This document shows, in pieces, positions 56,552-64,000 of a DNA stretch of 64,000 bases. A program made the translations under genes and the position numbers. The stretch is from Harriotta raleighana (taxonomy: Eukaryota), in NCBI GenBank assembly GCA_050575255.1, contig JBNZDD010013657.1, forward strand, positions 3,839,947 to 3,903,946. Direction: 5' to 3'. The notes under the pieces were generated by a model. That model did not search any database, was not told the origin of the DNA, and was given only the letters and a program-made list of their open reading frames with translations. Position 1 is the stretch's first letter. Each line of letters starts with the position of its first letter.

Positions 56552-59500
56552 CTGTGGAAAGAAACAGGACAGTCAGTCTGAAGACACACAACAGCACAGA
56601 AACCCAACAGCCATAACAGCTTACCTTCCCCTCTTCTATGACCATTTGGTCTGGCCTATTCTTTTGCAAATTTCACCCCCTCTTTGTTTAATGGTATTTA
56701 ACACCTTTTCTCTCCAGTTTTATTGCAATTCTCCGGTCCTCTACCCCATTTGCTCCTTTGTCTTCCATGCCCTGCCTCCCCCTCTTCATTGGTCCTTAAA
56801 AGCCTCTCCCGGCCAACATGGCCCAGTTCTGACGAAGGGTCATGGACCCGAAATTTCTTTCTCTTCTCCATAGAACAGTCTAATATAAGAGAGCGGTCTG
56901 ATATAAAGTGTTCATCACAGACGAAAGAGTACAAAGTAGGAAAAACACGGTTGCCAGGCACACCATAGTCAAACACAGAAGTTGCTGGGGAAACTCAGCA
57001 AGTCAGGCAGCATCCATGGAGAAAGGAAAGTGAATCAACGTTTCCACAACTCTTCGACGAAGGGTCGTGGACCCGAAGCGTTGACTTACTTTCCTTTCTC
57101 CATGGATGCTACCTGACTTGCTGAGTTTCCCCAGCAACTTCTGTGTGTTTTTTTCAGATTCCCAGCATCTGCAGTATTTTGTGTTTTGTTTACATCATAA
57201 TCAAAATTGGAAATGACTCAAGACTGATAAGAATATGTTAATACAACAACATTATATTTGTATAGCGCCTTTCACGTCAGGAGGACGTCCCAAGACGCTG
57301 GACAGTCGATGTTTCAGACCTGGGGTCAGAATCGGGGAGGGTGGAGGGGATTTGGGGTGACTGATGAGACCATCAAGGAGGAGTCTTGAGGCGCAACTTG
57401 AAGGAGGCTTAGGAGGGGGCGAGGCGGAGAGACTGCGGGTTGGAATTCTAGAAGTTAGGGGCAGAGGGCTGAAGGCTCGCCCGCCAATGGTGAGGGGGGT
57501 GGGACACAGGACATGAAGCAGGCTCCATAGCCTGCTGAGCAGAGGGGAGGACAGGAGGTCTATAGATGTCACAAATCTGAAATTAACATAACAGGTTTGT
57601 GCTTCAAGAAGGACATTTACTGGCAGGGCACATTTCACAATTCAATTTGGAAGGGAAGGGTGGGAGTTTACAAAGGGGGAAAAAGATCTCCACTACCAAC
57701 ATGATCTAGTTTAGTCTTGGTTTTAACAACTAGAGACATAATGAAGGAGCCTGAGATGGAACAACCTAATGCCAGGGACCTTGCTTAATGGAAGCAACTG
57801 GGCAGTTATTAAAACAGTGTAGCGTCACTAAATCAAGCAAGCATTCTGCTTGGCACTGAACTGGATCTCAAACTCCACATCTAATCCATCACTCAGACTA
57901 CTGTCTCTGTTTCCACCCTTTGCATCCTTCACATTTACCCCACCAAAAAATAAATGTCCATGTCTTCAGGATGGATTTTGCCCAATACCTTGTTGGCTTC
58001 ACTAGTTCTACTCTTCAAAAACATCACCTGATCCAGGACCCTGCAGCCTAAATCATTCTCCCATGAACTAATTAATCCTATCCTCACCAAACGCCAGATT
58101 GCAAGACCCTGTTCTCTGAAACTCATCCAATACCATTTTACTATCTCTCTCCAATCTTCAAGTCTCCTGGAACATATCCCATTAATTGTGCCTTTAGTTA
58201 ATAGTCTCCAATCTCTAATTTCCCTGCTCTGTGATGACCACTGTATTTCTCAAGTGCTTCAATACATGTGAGGGACAGTCCAAATACCAATTGTTACATT
58301 GACCCCCCGAACTGTGCATCCTGAAGTCTGCAATCCTAACCTAGATAGAGAGCAAAGAGAGCAGGAAAGTACATGGTATGATTTGAAGAGAGAAAAGATT
58401 GAGCAGTTCATTTTTTCTCCATTGCAATTTGTTAAGTGCTGTTAACAGATTCAACAAAAACTTATATAGTGCCATACATACAGGGTAGTGCCTCAAGAGT
58501 GTTTAACAGTGGCGGAGCCTGACTGAGCCAGGGTGGATGGGGGGCGTAAGCTCGGTCGAAGAGATAGGTTTTCAGGTGGGATTTAAAAAAAGGGAAGAGA
58601 GGGACCACCGAGGTGTATAGCTTTGTATGGGTCAACTTACCTCAAAAGCATAGAAAATTACTGCATAAAAAGGCATTTGGCTGATATTACTATACTGGGT
58701 CTCCAGAAAGCTGTCCATTTAGCCATTTAGTGCCACTCTCTTGCCTTTTCCCAAGTATATTGCTGCTTTTTGAGATATTTCCTTCTAAAGCTAATATGGA
58801 TTCTATCTCAACCACAGGGACATTCCATGTCCCAACAATCCCGTTGTGTTATTTTGTTCAGCCTCTCCCTCTGCTCTGGAGGTAATTACCTTGAATCTAT
58901 GCCCCTTCGTTCAGAGGATTAGTTACCCAATTTTCGAGATCAACAGTTTGAGATCAACAGAGGCCACAAGCAAAATAAGGATGAATCAGTTTAAGCAGCT
59001 AGGTCTAATCCCATGCAGAGATCAAAGGTGCAACTGGATTCTGCCAAACATATTTTGTAAATCAATAGATCAAGAGGTGACCCAATGGGTAAAAGTATCA
59101 CGTGGACAGATCAAATAGCTTTCATTTCTAGGTTCTGTTTGGCTATTTTAGTTGATTTGCTCTAGGACACAACAGTTGAGTGTCTTCTGGTACATGTCAA
59201 GTGAGAAAGGGATTGAGATCAGCCCAAATGTGTACAGGCCTGCAGTTGGACAACCACTGTGGAACTTAACCTCAGAAAATTGGGAGACATGAAAACATTC
59301 CACTCACAAACATAACCTGCGGGGACACTTTGATCATGTATTTGAGAGGGGAGAAACACTGAAAGGAGAGTTCAATGGGTACCATTCAAGACAATTAAAT
59401 CAATCTCCAGCTCACCTGTACTTGTCTTGTACTTTCTGTTTGATGTCCTGCAGAGAGTCTTGGGATATGTCTCTCTCTAGGTAGCCAGACAGCACTTCTG

Positions 59501-61822
59501 TTGCATTCTCCAAATCTGCCTGATTGTTCTAGGGAGACAAACACATTGTGCCCATAGAAAATGTGAACAATCATCCCATTCTATAGAGCAGACCATGCTC
59601 AGTTTATACCATCAGCCTCACCCCCCAGCCAATGGGTAAAGAATATTTACTAAGACAACTTTAGCTTGGTAGTCTTTTCAACTGTATTTAATTCAAATTA
59701 ATCTAGAATGTAGGATTTATGGAATGAATAATAATCCTTGCAACTGATCCTTGTACAATCCTGGTACACAAGAACTTGCGTCAGAGTGCAGCGTCACACC
59801 AGCCTTCTGAGCATTGTGAAGTGTCCGAGTCTAGATACACATCTAGCCCAAGCACCCCGAGGAAAGGCAGGAGCGTTGAGTAGACAACTCCATTTATTAA
59901 TAGGAAGTAAAGCACCCAGTGTAATCTACTAATGCTGAGAGTTGCACAGCCCCTAAAACTAGGTGACAACAAATATTCCAATCACAATTAGACCTGCTCA
60001 AGCCCCGGCTGTGGCTATTTTAAACTGCAGATCCGCTCAGGATCTTGCTCTGTTTATAATCTACACGCGATCACGTCATCCCTCAGTCTTAGTCCCATCT
60101 TCAATCAGTTTAAAAACATTCTCTCCTGTTCTTCCTCTTTGTACTGACTCTGTCCATTAGTTCAGATTTGTTAAAAGATTTTTGCGTCAATCTTGTGCAG
60201 TACACTTCTTTGTTCCAGTGCAAATTGCCTGGCTTCTGCGCTTTAAGATTGCTAGTCAGCCCCAACAACTCTCATAATGCTTGCGAGAGTACATATCACT
60301 GGAAGGCCAGCAAGCTATACGCACAGGGAAAAAGACAGAAACAAATTATATTCACATAGCGCCTTTCATGTTGGGAGGACATCCCACACTGTGTCATAGT
60401 CAAGGGTTTGCATCCGGGTTGTGGGTTGGAGTCAAGGGGGGTGAAGGGTAAATTTGCAGTTTGGGTTCATAAAATGAAGCGTGTTGAACTCCATGTTCAT
60501 CTCCCTCTAATCAAAAGGGATTGGCTAAATTGAGACTTTTTCTACTCAAGCAAATAAGATTGAAAAGGAATATATGATCTAGGTCTAAGTTATTGTAAGT
60601 GCTTACCAGGAAAAGCTACATCCTTTAGTTGGCGACATGGGTGAGTAAGGGGTGGAGTCTGTCACAATTGTTAGAGGAGATAAATTAGGGAAGGGGTTAA
60701 AGGGATTATCTTCACACAGAAAGTTGTTAGGGTTTGGAACTGAACACCACAAACGCCTTTTGAGACTGGTTTAATAGAATGTCAAACACAGCAGCCAAAT
60801 AATAACTGTTTAACATTACTGTACATGGAGTTGCCTCTAGGGCTAAATGCTTGAAAACAACTCGCTCACTGTGGCTCAACTTCTGTTTGTACATCCTATA
60901 AATCTCCCAAAGCATTGGGAGCAGCACTTTGAGGTTATGCTGCCTGGAGTCAGATTCTTACACCCAAGAGTTTTTTGGTTTGGGGTTACCAATTGGTAAC
61001 TGAAGCTTAAAGAAGGGGGCTATTTTATTCAAGTTCATGTTTACTGTTACCTGCTCTGAGCATGTTTGTTTTAACCTAGATCAAATAAGTTTCAAGTTTC
61101 AAGACTTGATAAAGATCTTCATGGCCATGAAGGGTTACAAAAGAGGAGAGCAATGTTAGATTTCCACTGGTTGGTGAGTCAACAATTAGGAGCACAGAAA
61201 TGTAAGATAATCACAATTAAAAAGGGTCAGAGAGAGAAAAAAATCATTATATAACTGAAACATACGAGGGGAAAAAGAGAAATATCAATGAACAATTGGA
61301 GAGGAGTCAGAGATTAGACTAGGAGACTCATGTGGGAACAAAACTTCAGCACAGCAATGGGATGAATGGCTTGGTTCATTGCTGTAGATGGCCTAATTCT
61401 ATGGACAAAGTTATTATTATTGAAACTGAAGTATTTACTAAGTACTGTAGTCAGCTATAGATTTATGCTGAGTTTTTTAAAAAAAAGTTATTATTTGTGG
61501 GCAGCCGATACACTCATACTGAACAGACATGGACTTCCACCATTCGGTGAAGAGAGCCTACCTCAAAGATAATGGACTGGTTGTTCTTTCTGAGGTAGAA
61601 AGCAAAGACGTAAGTGTACATTAGTGTGGCACGACACTGGCAGAGCACATCCACTGCTTTCTTCAGGAATTGCACCTCAATCCACGACATGTTATGCTGC
61701 TGCATCTCTTCCATCTTCTGCTTGACCTGAGCGTACAGCTTGTGCTCGAACCGCAGGCTCTGCATGTGGTTCATGTAGCGATTGCAGTAGAAAAGGTACC
61801 TTTGGAGTGCTGCTCGGGAGCG
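56467..61822 (-). CDS. ARIH1: E3 ubiquitin ligase Ariadne-1 (RBR family), last three exons (Ariadne domain); 5' part outside the window
   Basis: Exons 61562-61822, 59416-59528 and 56467-56551 translate to [29 protein letters not shown]...[21 protein letters not shown]...[27 protein letters not shown]. Confidence 0.98.
56700..57190 (+). mobile_element. Penelope-like retroelement terminal remnants: fold-back repeat and hammerhead-like motifs
   Basis: CTGACGA-A-GGGTC-ATG-GACCC-GAAA at 56829-56853; 68-bp inverted arms 56973-57040 and 57079-57146; CAGATTCCCAGCATCTGCAGT tail. Confidence 0.75.
57245..57560 (-). mobile_element. L2-type LINE 3' fragment
   Basis: Same tail as 6921-7600; TIGGRAFS motif on the minus strand. 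Confidence 0.8.
59416..59528 (-). CDS. ARIH1: ARIH1 penultimate exon
   Basis: 113 bp, [37 protein letters not shown]. Confidence 0.97.
61562..61822 (-). CDS. ARIH1: ARIH1 third-last exon
   Basis: 261 bp, phase 0-0, GT-AG. Confidence 0.97.
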
Positions 61823-62884
61823 CTGTTAAACAAGAGAGAAACTGAGACTGTGTCAAGCTAATGCAGACTCTGATACACAATATTAATCTAAATGATGGGA
61901 GCTCTGGGGATCTTCTATGCAGGTATGTTTCACCTGCATGGGATGTTGCACTTTCAGTGTACGAAACTGGATACTCTTAGGCACAGCAAGGAGATTCCAT
62001 GTGTAAATCTAGTATCATTTATCCACGGTGAATACCATTATACACATTGCATGCTGAATGCCATCACTTAGTATCTGGGCACTTTCATTAAATCGCAAGA
62101 GCATGTGGGGTTCAGTTCACCTCATGTCACAAACAGAAAGCTCCAGAAGGTTATTCTTGAACCTAATCTAGTGCCTAATGAGGGAGGTTTGGCTGCAATC
62201 TAATGAAGTGCTTAAGTTATTAGGGACACAAATCCATGGTTCGTAGCCGGCCGGCATACACACACAGTGGTCAGCTCACTTAATATCAAAATGAATCCCC
62301 CACACAAGAGCTTTATGAAATTGTAGCAGATAAATTCTTACATTCCATGCGATACTGAGTTTATGCTGAAACCCCAAGATTCTTCCTTTTTCTCCTGAAC
62401 AAATTACAAATTGATCTCTTATACAGCAGCTCCTGTTACTCCCAACCCCAGGGTTCTGAAATTACTCACCATTGATGCATCTTCTCAACCCACCACAGAA
62501 ATGTTTCTTTAAACAAAGGCCCAACAAGTGCAATTGGCTTCCGCACCCCCTGCCATTTTGCTGTTGTGTTTCACTCAGTGTTTGAGGGAAAGGAATGCTT
62601 TAAGTAGTGCTCGACATCAACCAGATGTCTATTGGTACCTGATTCCTACTTGTTTATGCATAAGGTATGTTTATACCTATATTTGCTAAAAGTATCACAC
62701 AGAATGTTATCCTTTATTGTTGGCAGCCACAGAATGCTCCATGGAAACACAATACACTCCTCAGATCTCACTTAAAAGGTATTTTCCTTCAAACATCCAC
62801 AACTATATTTGGTGAAAATGTAGACAACTGGCAATTCAGGGAAGTAGGTAATTAAAACTGACGGATATCAATCAGGTTAAAAAA

Positions 62885-63570
62885 AGGCATAGTCATCCCA
62901 TCCTCGTGCTTTTGCCGCGACCACATCACTCCCACCCTTGCCCATCTCCACTGCCTCCCCATCCCCAGAGGGTCAAATTCAAAATCCTTGTCCTCACTTT
63001 CAAGGCCATTCACGGCCTTGCCCCCGCCCATCTCTCCAACCTGCTATCTCCCTATCAGCCTGCCTGTCCCCTCCGTTCTGTGGGCTCTGGCCTGCTCCAT
63101 GTCCCCTATCCGAACCGCCCTACCATCGGTGGCTGGGTTTTCAGCCTGTCTGCCTTCACACTCTAGAACTCCATCCCGCAATCCCTTTGCTTTGCTTCCT
63201 CCTATTCCTCCTTCAAGGCCGGTCTCAAGACCTTCTTCTTCTGCCTTCTGCTGCCCTCCAAACTCTCCCCCCTCTCCTTCCCCCTACCCCAACAAGAACA
63301 ACAAAATTACACTTGTATAGCGCCTTTCACATTGGGAGGATGTCCCAAAGCGTTGAACAGTCAGGTCAGGAACCAAGCAAGGGAGCGGAGGGGCGGGAGT
63401 AGATGGAGGGGGAAGGAGAGTGGGAGAGGGGGAAGAGTTGGGGGGGGGGGGAGCCGAAGGTGCGGTCGAAGAGGGCCCCTACCCCCCTCAGGTCCCGACC
63501 TAACTGTTCAGCGCCTTGGGACGTCCTCCCAATGTGAAAGATGCTCTATCAATATAATTTTGTTGTTGTT
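62885..63570 (+). mobile_element. L2-type LINE 3' fragment with a nested inverted tail copy
   Basis: ORF QRVKFKILVLTFKAIHGLAPAHLS; tail on - at ~63296-63371 and on + at ~63493-63570. Confidence 0.85.
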
Positions 63571-64000
63571 ATTTTTACAAAGCGATAACCGAACACTGCT
63601 ATGTTTGATGTGTCAGGGACTGAAGCTAACTCTGCCATGTTTAAGAAGTGTGTACATTGTGAATCTGATTTGCATTCCTTTGAGTTCAGTCTGGTTTCTA
63701 TAGGGAATTAAACCTATTTAAATACAGTGGAGGAAGTAATGAGGGCAGTAAAACAAAATGGATCTATAGATTTTTTTTCAAGGGACTGATGTGAAGCCAA
63801 ATGGCAGGTGGCCATCTTGAATCTCTAGGACAATCTCAGAACACTGTGAGCTGTGAGAATATATCGCTACCCTCCAGATTTGGTGCAAAATGTGGAAATA
63901 ATATTGAAGTTAATAGATCAGCTGATCCTTTTAGAAATCTGAATGAATCAGAAAATTGGTGGCAAGAAAACCAAAGAACCGAAAAAGAGCACTGCAAAAT

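Noticed and set aside
62465-62520. Strong minus-strand donor ATG|GTGAGT as the next ARIH1 exon
   Set aside because: The adjacent sequence does not translate to the expected ARIH1 peptide (…YNEDDAKAARDAQE) and I found no clear acceptor

Overview
Eukaryotic (vertebrate) genomic DNA. The Deu-domain tRNA SINEs, L2/CR1 LINEs, Penelope remnants and compact introns suggest a cartilaginous fish, possibly a chimaera/elephant-shark type (inference). Three spliced genes were reconstructed by hand from GT-AG boundaries and reading-frame phase. (1) NEO1/neogenin on +, exons 3-29 (5721-37088; Ig2-4, six FN3 domains, TM, P1-P3); exons 1-2 lie upstream of the window. (2) BBS4 on -, all 16 coding exons (ATG 50918, stop 39080), with a CpG-island promoter carrying an RFX X-box. 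(3) The last three exons of ARIH1 on -. NEO1 and BBS4 are tail-to-tail, with no ADPGK between them, unlike the human locus. Two single-N junctions flanked by duplicated sequence (22075-24391, 35340-35438) look like assembly artefacts. I found no convincing wholly new biological system. The best leads are: hammerhead-ribozyme-like motifs in a Penelope-type fold-back element in the last ARIH1 intron; an 18-bp tandem duplication that creates a second in-frame BBS4 splice donor; loss of the neogenin caspase Asp together with substitutions in its P3 motif; and deeply conserved NOVA/RBFOX-type alternative splicing architecture in NEO1. Comparisons with human sequences are from memory; no searches were run.
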